A DNA stretch of 63,059 bases, counting the filler, from Choristocarpus tenellus KU-1152 (taxonomy: Eukaryota; Protista; Phaeophyceae), in assembly GCA_964200185.2 (NCBI GenBank). It is 14 parts of 14 records of this genome, joined end to end, with 100 filler letters (N's around TTAATTAATTAA, not from the genome) between each part and the next. Parts side by side here need not be neighbours in the genome. Positions count along the whole stretch, not along the records: positions 40,051 to 46,447 come from CAXNAD020008223.1; positions 46,548 to 50,332 come from CAXNAD020017943.1; positions 50,433 to 59,675 come from CAXNAD020003849.1; 11 more parts are not named here. One strand, written 5' to 3'. The notes beneath the pieces were generated by a model. The model was not told the origin of the DNA. It saw only the letters and a program-made list of their open reading frames with translations, and ran no database searches. Every line of letters begins with the position of its first letter. Position 1 is the stretch's first letter. The translations under genes and the position numbers were made by a program. Shown piece after piece: positions 40,051 to 52,676 of the stretch.

Positions 40051-42502
40051 CCCCACCTCGGTGGGTCATCCCGCCTCCCCGGCTACCCCCACCTTCATAG
40101 CGACCATACCCGTGGAGGTGGCCCTCACCATTCCCCATTCCTGAGTGAGGACTGTATCCACCTCCACCTCCTCCCCCACTGTAGGAGGAGCCCCTAGGGT
40201 GGCTACTGTGGCTGTTACCTGCACCACCTCCACCCCCTGATGATGCAGCCTGAGCAGCTGCTGCAAGGCTTGCCATGTCAACCATGCTCACCCCCATGCC
40301 ATTAGCCACAGGGATCATTGCAGGGAAACGCATGCCAGAAACCGCTGCTGCTGCCATGGTCTGCTTCATGACCAACGCATTATACAATGACACTGGATCC
40401 TGTGACGACCCCCAGGGCACATCTACAACAGAGCCAGAGGCAGCAGCAGCACCACTAGGACCATTTTGTCCCCCATGGTCACCCCCGTACCCACCCTCAC
40501 TGTACCCACCACTGCTTCCACCACCAGTGGAGCTATTAGAACTCATCATTGACGAAGGGACAAAACGCCCATCATTAAGGAGCACCCCATCAACACCCCC
40601 ACTGTTACTCTGGGGATACTGTGTGGGCTGCCCCCGGCCATGCCCAGAAGCTGCACCTGAGTGGCTGATGGCATGGGATGAACCAGATCTTGTCCCATGG
40701 ATGCCTATGCCTCGTGACTGGCCATCCGACCCACTGCCCCCACTACTACCAGCATTTCCACTACCAGTGCCTCGCAAGGTTTGGCCTTGACTCTTGGTGG
40801 GGCTAATGTGGCGCATACCCCCTTCCTGAACAGGACTGTGCCCATGGTGCTGCAGGGGTCCCCTGAGGGGGCTGTCGCCATAGCTTCCAACTACTGCTCC
40901 TCTAAACCTCGACATGCCTCCAACACCGCTAACACTACCACTGGCATTTCCTGCAACATCAACACCTCTATTATCATGTACACTTTCCTCATTCATAAAC
41001 ACGCGCGAAAGAGAAGGGTATGAGGCATGCCGTGGCAAACGTGAGGCACTATCACCATTGTTGCTGCCACCAATACCACTCCTAATCCCCATGTGAACAT
41101 GGCCAGAAGCCATCCTGTGCACAGGTGAGTCCGTATTGGAAGTAAAATGGTCGAAACCCCCACCTGCAGAACCCTGAGGAATTGAAATACCCCCACCGAG
41201 ACCGCCACCACTACTGCTAGCCCCTTGGTCCAAGGATTGTCCCGGCCCTAAATGAAGCGAGTCCTCAAGGAGAGGAGCGCTGGCACCAAACATGGGACTG
41301 GAGTTTGGAGATGTGAGGGGGCTCCAAGGTGCTGAAGGATGTCCACCATTTCCCCTCAGGGTATTATCTGTCTCAAGTCCTCCACTTGCCCGTCCCAGGC
41401 TGCCCACCCCCATGCCACTACCACTGGAATCGCCATTACTACCACCCACTGAACCAAAGCCCAGTCGACCAAATGATGCTACAAGGTCTGTATCCGAGTG
41501 GTTGTACACCAGTGACCGCCTGCTTCCGCTTGTTGGTGGGACCGCAGTTCTGGGTACGGCACCATTGGCAAGTGCTGATGAACCCACTGAGCGACGTTGC
41601 GCAACCGCTGCTGCGGCTGCAGTCGCCCAGGAGGGTATCCCATGATCCTCATCACTCACTCTGCGAGAAGACGAGGCAAGACCGGTTCTACCTCCGAACA
41701 CAGATAAGTCAACTCCACCGAGCCCATTACCAGTACTGCCACTACCACCCACTCCCGATAAGCTTCCCAGAGAGGACGACATGACCGCTGCAGAGCTATT
41801 ACCTCCAACGCCACCCACCACGTCATGGTTGCGGGATCCCCAGGCTGGGGATTCGGTGGTGGTTGCAGGGTCTGTGAAAAGGCTTGTCTCCGAATGAAAA
41901 CTCGAGACGGACTGGGAGCGAACCATGTTTGCCAGGTTTGTCAGAGACGGCGTCTTAAGTCCAAGACCCATTCCTCCCGCAGATCCGGTGCCCAACACTT
42001 TCGACACACCACCACCCCCGTTAGTAGCTGGACCCAACCCAGCACTTGTACTGACACTGAGCCCTCCCGCCGTCCCCACCCCAATTCCAACAACGCCACC
42101 ACTGCTAGAACTCACTGGAAGCCCGGGAGAGCGTGGATCATATCCACCCCCATCGCTATTGTAGTCAGAGCTTCCAACAGTAGCTGTTTCATCGGCTGTG
42201 TCCGAACCAATAAGACCAAGCGCCACAAGCTCCGCGGTAGAACTGCTTTGGGGTAAACCGGGTGGAGGGCCAAGGCCACCGCCTCCATTTGATGCCGAAA
42301 TTCCGCTCATTTCTTTTCGTCGGGTGAAATTGTTATTCCCGGTGTTGTGCTGACTCTGTGTTGGCGAGGATCGCACAGAGTTTTGCTCTGATGAATAATA
42401 GGTGTTTACAAACCACGATTCTTGTCCTTGCCCGCTGTCCCCGTCTGAGACGTTACCGTGCACCTCTTGCTGTGAAGGCGAAGGCGTGTCAAGCAACGCC
42501 AT
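40051..42502 (-). CDS. Long first exon of an unknown Gly/Ser-rich, probably disordered protein; 3' end truncated by contig edge
   Basis: More than 800 open codons, with an in-frame stop just upstream of the ATG; low complexity and no recognisable folded domain. Confidence 0.8.
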
Positions 42503-45099
42503 ATGCTATGCCTTGCCTCTCTACTTGGTCCCCGCTGAGTGCAACCAATGCAGACACGAGTCCCAACTCCAGCTTGCACGGGGTTACACCGATCAATTTC
42601 CCCTGCATTTTTCATGGCATTTCACCGTCGCGACGATAGGTCAATAGAAGGTGATAGATTTGGGTGCGCAAAGTAAGTGAACGTGCCAAAACGGAGAGAT
42701 TGGGATAAATTACGAACGCCAGTGACGTGGGGATAAGACTTGGTGAAGTAGGTGAAGGAAGAACAAGGGTCCAAGAAGGAAAGAGGAATCATTACGATTA
42801 GAAGGGAGATAATCGAAGACAGACATTACATGGCTGGATATGGTGAACGTAGTAGCATTGGTCACCAAGAGAACCTTCCAAAGGAATTAATACCACTCAA
42901 AATTTCTAGTCCACAGACACCAAGATGTGGATCACCCATGACGATCAAAATATCACCAGGCAAGCCCCTAAAAACAACAAAGTCAAAAATCATCAATCAG
43001 GTAGTGTACAGGGAATCTTGAATCACTTCCCGTCCACAGTACACAAGTAGAGACAGGTCATGACTCCAGCTCAGTCCATGGGTTATTAACAAATCCCATG
43101 GACGGATACCCACCTGTGAGGAAATTCTGCTCAAATAAGATCTCGTCCTAAAATATCCGTTTCCCTGGCAACCAGGGAGTCGCTCTGAGCGAACCTCCCC
43201 TTCGCAATCAAGATAGGAGCTCTCTCAAACGTTTGGCATTGATAGATGTCTAACGAACCAGATGTGCCCCAAACACAATTAGACCCGTCAAGGTTTGGTT
43301 TGGAATAGACGAGTCTTAGAGTAATTACACCCAACATATGATTTTAATAACTTAGTAGAATATCCCAATCAGGTAGGAACACGCCCATCAATGAACCAAT
43401 CAACGATCTCTACGTTTGGAATCTACCTGTTCGTTGGTTGGAGGCTTCGAAGATCAAGCAGCAGAATATTGACCAAGAAAAGAGACAGAACTCTTCCCTC
43501 GAAAACCTTCTAGGATATTGCGTCCAACCCTGCCATCAAGATCTGGAACACCTTCATCGAATTGTACTGTATCAACTTAATCCCCATTCATTCGAAGAGA
43601 AGACAAAATATGCGTCAGATATTAACCAAAGAATATATAAGTGATTTATTGGGCCGCCGATTTTAACAACAAATCTGAGAGTGGAGATTATCATGTATGA
43701 TGTTCAAATATACCACAAAATATACCATAAATGTAATCCATTTTAATTGTGTAACACATGTGCAAAATGTTAGAGAGCATAATAATAATAAATATACTAT
43801 ATATAATTTTTTGTTTCAACACATAATCATATATTCTTCCGCTATGGTATGTATGATGGAAAACACTTCATTAATATCGCAGTTTTTGTGGTTATTGGAA
43901 AGTAGGGTGGAAGAAAACCCGTCGCCTGCCATACACGCAAATTGGATTAAGGTATACACAACGTAGTAAGTTGAATATTTTTTGAATGAATTTGTTGAGA
44001 TTTTCATGGTAAGGGCATCATAGAAAATCAAAACCCCATGACCCCTTCGATCTTAAGTTGACAGATCACCTGATATATGAGGGGTGATGTAAAAGAAGAA
44101 AAGAAAGATATTTCCCGGTTGATACCCAACTTCACCAAAAAATATCCAACTTCACCCTTTCCTATACAATAAAGATTGAAAATCATAGGACATAACGACA
44201 ACAGATTCAGTAAAATCACTATAGTACTGTATATAGTTTTCATTGGTTTCCCCCTGACACATCTGCAAAATATCAGAGGGCATAATAATAAAATAATAGT
44301 ACTCTTATCCTTCTCATTCTCACTACGTTGAATTAGTGACACGTCACCACTGCACCTCTATATTATGATGAACGTACTTGAAACTCCGCGCAGAGTGTGT
44401 TGAATATTTATATTATTATGCCCTCTCGTATTTTGTCTTCTTCTTGTTGTGGTGGTGTGGTTGTTCGGGATACAAAATCATATGTAGTAAGTAAAAATAC
44501 TTCAGCTTGATATAGAACATTATTTTGTTAGTGTCATTATTGAGTATATGTTAGGATTTTCGTTCTTTTGGCCACTTCTCATTGGTTTGTGCGGGACTGT
44601 TGTTGATGTTGATGGCAAAAATGACGTCTGTCCTTCCTAAAATGTCTCGTGTCTTCAATAGAAGCATTTTGGAAAGGAGAAAAGATACCAAACAAAAATA
44701 ATATTTCTACCAGTAATTGTACAATAATATTGTAAAAATTTCCAGATTTCTACTTGGTGGGAAAAAAATGTGTTGTGAAAAAATATATTCTACAACTAGG
44801 ATTGAATTTGTGGAAAGGTTGGGGACAACAGTGGAAAACCTAACACATACAACGGAAAACGTCAATGGCGTTCCTTGCAGAGCACCGTCGCCCAATTATC
44901 CGCCGAATTCGGCGACGAGAAGGACCTAAACATCGCCGACGAGCCCTGGGTCTGTTGCCTGTTCAGTCCATCAAGCATGGCACCTGCAGGGGTAGCCTTC
45001 AGATAGCGAGGATCAGGGAGTGAATAGAAGGTTTTCGAGAAAAAAGGAGGAACCATCTGGTTCATGTACATAATCTACTGTGAGGAACCAGAAATATCG

Positions 45100-45510
45100 G
45101 AATAGAGAGCTGAGTGTAGGCATGTGGAATGTTTGAACCGTTGCTATGAAAAGCAAGAACGGAGTGTGGGTGGAAGGGGTCTTGATGTGACATGCTGCCC
45201 TTGTGGATGTGATGTGATTTATTTCCAACATACAAGAAGGGGTGGGATGTCTTCCCTTGGACTGCCTGAGTTCAAGTACAATATTTTCTTCAGTAAGGGA
45301 AAAGATCAAAAGGGTAAATATGGAGTGGGTTTGGGTTTGGCAGTGAAGGAATCAATCATATAACACGACGCCCACGAAGTAGAGTTTTTTGATAGAATGG
45401 TTGAAGTTCCAGCAGCTGATGACAGGAAGTTTCATTGGGATTGCCTTCGTTGTGGGATACACCCCAGCAGAAGAGACCTTAGAGCCAGCCAAGGATGCTT
45501 TCTGGCAGTA
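45100..45510 (+). mobile_element. RTE-like LINE AP-endonuclease remnant
   Basis: LSVGMWNV*T (L.VGTWNVRT-like), GVGLGLAVKESI, VVGYTPAEE...KDAFW. Confidence 0.75.
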
Positions 45511-45533
45511 TGATCCGTCTCCTTAATCGTTTT

Positions 45534-45712
45534 GACCCAAAGTTTCTGAGGGGGGGGGGGATTTACACCAGGGTGTCCATTTGGGTCGTGACTAGGAAAA
45601 GTGCACTTACATTATCCATCCGACATATGCAACCAAATAACTCAAAAATCACAACATGAAAAAGTTGTCCCCAAATGGACAGCCGCCACACACACCCCAG
45701 ATTCTTTGAGCC
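45534..45712 (+). mobile_element. MITE family A, full diverged copy
   Basis: GACCCAAAGTTTCTGAG(n) ... CCCCAGATTCTTTGAGCC. Confidence 0.88.
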
Positions 45713-45977
45713 TTTGATCCCAATCATAAGATGCAACAGGGTGGCATGGGACGTACGTTCATCATCCAACAAATCCTGATGTCTAGACAACCCTTGAGGT
45801 CTCTAACCTAGCGAACATGGCCACTGAAAAATCCGCAGTAGAGCCAGTGCCAAACAAAGATACAGGTGATGTATCTGCCAAAGTCAACATCTTGGCATCT
45901 TCATACAAAGCCCATATGGATAGCTTGATCAAGACCTTTCATTCGATATAGTATTGGCAGTCACCTCTAGGACGATA

Positions 45978-46289
45978 CCAGTCTTGATTGTATTGAAAGG
46001 GTTGCCCAACGAGTTAAATAATGATCAGCATATCGAATGAAAGCTCTTGATGTAAACTATCGATTCTCGGAAAGGAACTCTTTCGGAAAATTATTTTGGT
46101 AAGGTTAAATTTTAACCGCATGTTTTCGGCACAACCTTGAAAATGTTGCGGAATGAGTTATCAAGACCAAAAATATTTTTCCGAAACACTTACTTTGCGT
46201 AAATCAATAGTCTAGATCCAGAGCGTTCATTTGATATGCTGATTGTCGATTAACTCGTTCGGCAACCTTTTCAAAAACATCAAGATTGG
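45978..46289. mobile_element. Fold-back (palindromic) MITE flanked by TA
   Basis: TA|CCAGTCTTGA...TCAAGATTGG|TA; the arms are imperfectly complementary along most of the 312 bp. Confidence 0.85.
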
Positions 46290-46578
46290 TAACCGCCAAA
46301 ACGGTACATGAGCGGGCTTCGGCTTAATACTGTTTGAGCCACTCACAGGACATGATTCTGGTTGGGCGTGTTGAAGGACATTGCTTGATACTTCCAAAGT
46401 ACCACTGTGAATTGAACCCGATAGAGATGGTCTGGGGGCGGGCGAAGNNNNNNNNNNNNNNNNNNNNNNNNNNNNNNNNNNNNNNNNNNNNTTAATTAAT
46501 TAANNNNNNNNNNNNNNNNNNNNNNNNNNNNNNNNNNNNNNNNNNNNGGAGGGAAGGGGCAGCCGGTGCATGTCACAC

Positions 46579-48050
46579 CTCAATAGGCTTCTGTGAAGCA
46601 TCCAAGGGTGTGGGGCGGATGCGTCGTTTCAGCTTGGCGCCCTGAGGCTGAACGGTGGGAGGGCAACAAACATGGAGTGGTTCAAGATGCGAAAAAGGAT
46701 GCAGAAATGATTCTGTTTGGAGGAGTTTGTGTGCAAATATTTCTTTCAAGGTGATTTGGAGCAGACCCCCTTACAATCGCTGCATTCGGAGCACGCTAGG
46801 AGCAAGTTACGTTAAGACAAACGTGCAAGCTCTTGAACATGCTCAGCACCGGTGAAGAAGCTTGTTCCGAGGATTGCGGGAATCTGTCAGTTGCACGAAC
46901 TTGTAAGAGCCATTCCTCGTGAAAAAATATAAAATTCGACGTACTCAAGAAGTCAATACTTCTCTGCCATCCTTCTCAATTGGTGGGAAGTTCTCAACAC
47001 CTTGTCAGCTCGTGATTTGCCTGCATCTCCAAGTGACGGGAAGTCCTCGGCCGAGCTGATGTCAAAGTTATGGGGTGGGGGAACCGGTATCAATGGTGGT
47101 GTTGCAGGGGGTGGTGGGAATGATGCTGGTGGAGTTGGGGGCACGTCATCCCCAAGTCCGCTGTTGGCGGATGCTCCCTTATTTGGTGTACCTGTTGCAA
47201 GGTTGAGGTAGGAGGAAGTCGAGGGGGAAGCAATAAACAAATATAGCGCAGTCTAAAGCAGGTAATGCTCTACATGCTGCTGCTGTTAGGATAGTAGATT
47301 CAGGTCAGTTCTGCTGTGTTCCAGGTAGTAACACAAGGGGACTGAGTGTGTATCTCAGGGCATATCAAGACCCCAAACCTCGCCTTACCTCCCACATGGT
47401 GTTGTGGTCCAGCACCTAGCAATGACGCGTTCACCCCCTGTTTTGCAAGCACATCACACTCCAAAAGAGCAGCAGTATCTTCACGCAGAAAGTTCAGGAA
47501 CGCTAAGACGAAGCTCAAGGGATCGTGTTTATCGAGTTCTGGGTGAGGGGCAGGCACTCGAGGGCTGAAAGACCGCATCTTCTTGCCCTAGCAATTCATC
47601 ATGGGCAGGGGGGGTAAAGGTCATTTGATGTACTGGAGGGAATAATGCCAGTGGCATCAGCTCCTTCTTGCTCTCGTCTGGAGTAGGTGGGGAGGGTCAA
47701 GCGCTAACTAGATAAGCCGTATCAATAGGTGTAGAGTTCACACTGAGTACTACACATTTGCGGCCCTCGGGACCACTACACCACCAAACATCAATGCATT
47801 CTCCCAGCCAGAACCTTGAATCAAGAATTCGTGCATGAGAAAAGTGCAAGGCCACCTCTAATGCACCCCAACTTCGTTCAGTTTAGTACATAGAGGCGTA
47901 CTGCTTCCATCAACTATACTATATTATCTTGACACAATAGTAGTTCCTCGGTCCACTCACGGGAGGTGCAGCATCTAACCAAGCCTCAACCAAGCTGGCC
48001 GGGACCTCACCCCTCAGGACCTTCCCAAGGAGGGGATGGCGTTCCATCAT
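46579..48050 (-). CDS. CDAN1: Codanin-1-like protein, N-terminus; exons 48050-47961, 47587-47389, 47191-47001 and 46647-46579
   Basis: Four motifs in codanin-1 order: LGKVLRGEVPASLVEAWL, FVLAFLNFLRE, SAEDFPSLG, KRRIRPTP (compare human LESLLREEVSVAAVVRW, FVPFLLNFLRE, EEFPPVG, RRINPTP, recalled from memory). Junction phases are consistent. Confidence 0.8.
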
Positions 48051-48675
48051 CAAAGCGATTGGGTCGACAGAGTGAGATGAGTTTGAATTGACATTATCAT
48101 CTCTCCCCCTCTCATAGGGTTAGGGAGTAAACCCTGTTTATTGAATTAAAACAAACGTCTTTGAAAAAATGTCGACAAAGAGATGTCATCCTTGACACAA
48201 CACAGGCAACGCCCCTGTGAGGGGGGTGGGGGTGTCGATATACGCTGCTGAGTCTCAACGTGACTAATTGATAAATGGGGTGCGAACTATTGTCTAATCA
48301 GGCTGGCTGAGCCATCACTTTGTGCAAGTGTCGTTAGTTTTCGTCCTAACTACGTGATGTGATTTGTTGCATGGGGGGAAGAAGTATTCCTTAAGCTCCT
48401 TAAACCCGAACGATGTACTCTCACAGGCTATCGTTTAGATCTATGTCGTGCTCTTAGCACGACCCGCTCACAGTCTTGAATTGCTCTCGGATTATTCCCC
48501 ACGAGACGGAAATTCATTGATGTTGCTGAAGTGGGTGCCTTTCCGTCTAACCTGTTCTATTCCCAACTAGATACAGTGCTGGATAAGAAACTAAATCAAT
48601 TGCTTCATGCTCGCGTTGTTTCTTCTTAATTCTTATGATCCGTGATCTCTTCTGCAACCTTGCAGTGTCAGGGAG

Positions 48676-49261
48676 ATGGAAGGGTCTGTTGAGCAGGGTA
48701 CCCCCGGTCTGGGTGTGACGGGGAGTGCTGGAGCAGTGGAGCCCAATGCATCGAAGTGCGATCAGGTATGACGGGTCGTCAGTACGGATTTTCATTCTCC
48801 TCCCAACGTTTCAGTTGCGCGGCAAACGGATTTGTAGAGAGCAAGTTGGTTCGTAAAAGGAGACGGAAACGTTGCTTGCATGGGTCTGGCATGTTTGAAG
48901 TCGTGAGTCAAACACGTGTTGTCCTTCGGCCCAAAGTTCTGGCAGTTGATTCCAAGCTGTAATGCTGTGAGCAACTGACAGCACTGATCGTGTGCACTTT
49001 CTTTTTGGGTGTAGTGCAATCATGTCTACTCTCTTCACATCATTTATGCATGCCCTTAGGATTGGTCGTCTTGTACTCCCATACGTTTGATACCCCCCCT
49101 ATGACCATATCGGCACGGTTTTTCTGTCACTCATCCGTTCCTTTCGTCTCACACATTGAAAACACAAGGTGGTGTTTGAGTGCATGCAGAAGGTGGCAGA
49201 GATCATCGTGCAGAGCAGGGTTGTCCAGAAGCACCAGCATTCCAGAGAAAGAAACAGTAAG
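48676..49261 (+). CDS. ATG13: ATG13-like HORMA-domain protein, N-terminus; exons 48676-48765 and 49169-49261
   Basis: MEGSVEQ...ASKCDQ|VVFECMQKVAEIIVQSRV resembles the first ATG13 HORMA helix (Q++.+F..K....I+Q.R). The following FNL-containing exon was not located. Confidence 0.6.
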
Positions 49262-50220
49262 GTACAGATGTGGGTGCCGAAAAAATCTTGAGTGTTTTGT
49301 TGCAGCACTGGCCTGTTACTGTGATTTTTACCAGCATATCGCTTCTTGGAGCATAGAGGGAGGACTTCAATCAAACTATTTTTCAACTAATGTACGACTG
49401 TATTCCATCATGTTGCCTGGAGCATCTATAGAAGCTGGTTCTCGCTTTTTTTGATGGCATGCAGCTTTCTTGGTTGTTGGGTAGGGTAGACTCAACTCAT
49501 CTGAATCAAGTCAATCAGACACTTGGTTCCAGTGACTGGATTTGATCATGTGTCCTTGCAAGGCTTTTTTTGGTGCACAGAATCAATGGTATACTTTTTA
49601 GGGTTGGTTGTTGAAGGGCTGTGGCCGCATTGGATGATTGTGGGGCATCAACAAAATGCAGAAGACAGATTTCGCCAAGATGGTGAAATACTGTTAAGAC
49701 TCTGACCAGCACGGAGCAGTGAACCCCACATAAACCAAAATGTGCTTTTTTTTTCATTGGTACCGGCGTATATTGAAGGTGAGGACTAGAAAAAAGATAA
49801 GGATTTTTAAACATTTGAATCTTTTTTAGGGTGTTCCCTCATGTGTCATCCCCCGTTGTTGAATCTCAGAATGCATTCTGATGATGCCACAGCATCAAAC
49901 AGCCAATGCCGAGTTCTTTTTGATGGGTGTCGCCGCATGCTAAGATTGAGATGCACTCTGATTTTTTGTTTTTTTTTGTTCGCAAACAAAAAAATAATAA
50001 AATAGAAACGCGCTGTACACCCAACATGACCAAAATAGAAGCTGAAAAGAACGTGTAGACTGGGAGCTGCGTGGAAAAGCAATCTATCGTTGAGAGTGTT
50101 AGGGTCAGCACAAGATTGCCGTTGGTTGTGTCGTCACCCCTTTGTTGTAAGGTACTTTCTCCGCGACTCGAACAGTGGAGCGAGTTTTATTTTTCTCTGT
50201 GGCCTCAAAATCTTCTCCAT

Positions 50221-50268
<48 letters not shown>

Positions 50269-50432
50269 ACCCCCACCCCCCCCGGGGGGGCGGGCCCCGC
50301 CCCACCACCCCCTGTGGGCACTGAAGAGCATTNNNNNNNNNNNNNNNNNNNNNNNNNNNNNNNNNNNNNNNNNNNNTTAATTAATTAANNNNNNNNNNNN
50401 NNNNNNNNNNNNNNNNNNNNNNNNNNNNNNNN

Positions 50433-50529
50433 CACGTGTGGGTTTTGAAAGGTCAGAAAAAAAAATAGTTGTTTGCCCGAAACGGACGCCCCATCACAAA
50501 CCCCCCCCCCCCCCCAGATACTTTGACCC
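50433..50529 (+). mobile_element. MITE family B, right part (contig start)
   Basis: AAACGGACGCCCCATCACAAAC(n)AGATACTTTGACCC. Confidence 0.8.
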
Positions 50530-50538
50530 TAGGACTAT

Positions 50539-51476
50539 TGTGTTAGCCATCTTGAAGGTAACATCTGTTTGAAGTAAGATCGGGTGGTTTGGAGCGATCT
50601 TACCAAAGCCCCCTCGTTCACTTTTCCACTTGTTCACTCTTTTTTTCCTGAGTGATCTTCTGAGCGATTGCTCTCTCTCTTTGACTTTGTCTCTCTTTGA
50701 TCTTTCCTCCTCCTGTGGGTCTTCCCGCTCCCCTTCATTTCGAAGAACCTGTCGGCTCGTTTCCACCTGTTTCACAGTGGCGACGACAGCAATCGTTTTG
50801 AAGTGGGAGAGTACTTTCACAGTACTTTTTGGGGAAACTATGAGTACATTGTCTGTACTTTGAGCACCACATGTGCCACACCAGTCTGGTTAGCATACAG
50901 TTCGATCAAGGAGACGACGAAATATGTTCCAGACAACCTCGAACTATTTCCAGAGCTTCAAGGCGGAAGAATTCAAGGAAAATGAACCAGATGAGCATCT
51001 ACTACTATCGACACATTCAGTCACGCGAATGCGATGGGAGACTGGGGCAGACAGAGGGCTAATATTTCCTAAAAAACTCGATGAAACCTTGAAGCATATG
51101 CCCTTCAGTTTCGACTCCTTATTGGTAGATTTACTACTACAGCTGTTGACCGTTCATTAACAGATTCTAGCGACCGCAAATATATTGATCAAATTGTGAT
51201 TGCCATTTTTGAAGGTGGACTACAACCCCACCTTCGGCTAAAACAGTTGAGTGAAGATTTCGCTTCTACATTGTCTGCAGCTATCACTCACGCTAAACGT
51301 CATGAAGCCAACAATCTGACGGGGAAAAGACATGCCCACGCACTTGCCCTTGTTCCTTCGACTCCGCTTGCTCTCCCTCTTTGACTTTGTCTCTCTTTGA
51401 TCTTTCCTCCTCCTGTGGATCTTCCCGCACCCCTTCATTTCCAATAACCTGTCGGTTTGTTTCGACCTGTTTCACA
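50539..51476 (+). mobile_element. Internally deleted LTR retrotransposon: 5' LTR 50539-50776, PBS from 50778, gag remnant, partial 3' LTR ~51369-51476
   Basis: CTAT|TGTG...CACA|CTAT (4-bp TSD); ~107-bp direct repeat ending TTTCACA; TGGCGACGAC directly after the first LTR; gag-like AIFEGGLQPHLRLKQL...TLSAAITHAKRHE. Confidence 0.85.
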
Positions 51477-52019
51477 CTATATGGTGGTTATTACTGACAT
51501 TCCATATAGTTGATGTAAAATGATAGAAAAATCATTTTAATTAATATTTCTCTTTTTTGCTCACATTTCGCATAGATAACTTCTCACCCTCGATCAATTT
51601 TATCTATTCCTTTGACAGGTGGTCACGTGACAGTGCACACTCCACTGCCATCTCTTCCACCCCTATTGACTACCTGTCCTACTACAAATAATTGAACTAA
51701 CCCACGTGTGCCTTGACTTTTTTATTCCGTATTAAATTCTTCCCTTCACCTCCTCCCTCGAATTTGGTTTCTACTCCCTCTACACGTAGTGAATCTTCGC
51801 TACCTCGATCCAGATCTTTCCACGTGTCTATCCTTCATGTGGTTTCTTGGAAGTCGAAATTTTAGGGGGCAGAAATGACGAGCAAATATTAAATAGACTT
51901 TGGAGAGATATTCTTAATTTTTCGGCAACTGTTACTTTTACGGGGTCGTTAAGATATTGAATTGGCTTTTTCTGTGATACGACTGGAAAATATCAGAGGG
52001 CATAAATAATATATATATA

Positions 52020-52170
52020 GGAAGATAGTCCTAAATCGACTTGGTAAGTAAGTGGTGGTCTAACGCAGTCCAAAAATTCTGGAAAAATAATCTATTCTCT
52101 GTACCTGAGGTTCTAACCTGGTTCCTCTCTCCTAACAGTCTGAGTGGACGACAACTGACCAATGTCAACC
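52020..52170 (-). mobile_element. Possible tRNA-derived SINE
   Basis: Minus strand starts with box-A-like TGGTCAGTTG and box-B-like GGTTAGAACC at tRNA-like spacing and ends in a (TA)n tail. Only one copy is visible. Confidence 0.4.
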
Positions 52171-52639
52171 CATATATGTATAAAAACAAATAGTAGATCA
52201 ATTATCCATTGACCGCACCTCAAATTTCCCGTTTACACATCAATCATCCACTAACCACCACCTCAAACTTCTCTCGTCACGGAACATCCAATAACTGTGA
52301 TGGAGGGAGTGTTGAAATTTGGAAGAGTATAGAGGAAGATGAGAGGGTTTGTATCAATGGTATTTAGTGTGGTAGAAAATCACATGTAGATTCAATAAAT
52401 GTCCACTACTATCATATTTTGTAGTCTTCGACATCAAAAAGAAAGACCGTTTGTATGAGGACAAATGCAAAACCATCTACACTACAATGAGATGGAAGAT
52501 GGAATATTTCTATATTATTTGATTATGTGTTGCAACAAGAGGCGGAGGTCCAAAAAACGTCAAGGACCAAAAACTGTGGAGGTTCAAGAACCACCACCGT
52601 GTTTCTTAGTTCTTATTTGCTAACACGCTTCCTTCCTTG

Positions 52640-52676
<37 letters not shown>

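Noticed and set aside
42660-44240. Coding-like composition upstream of the long exon
   Set aside because: Only short ORFs and no recognisable motif; possibly decayed transposon.
50071-50332. Poly-Pro and poly-Gly ORFs (also 24408-24914)
   Set aside because: They arise from C/G homopolymer tracts, probably inflated by sequencing error.
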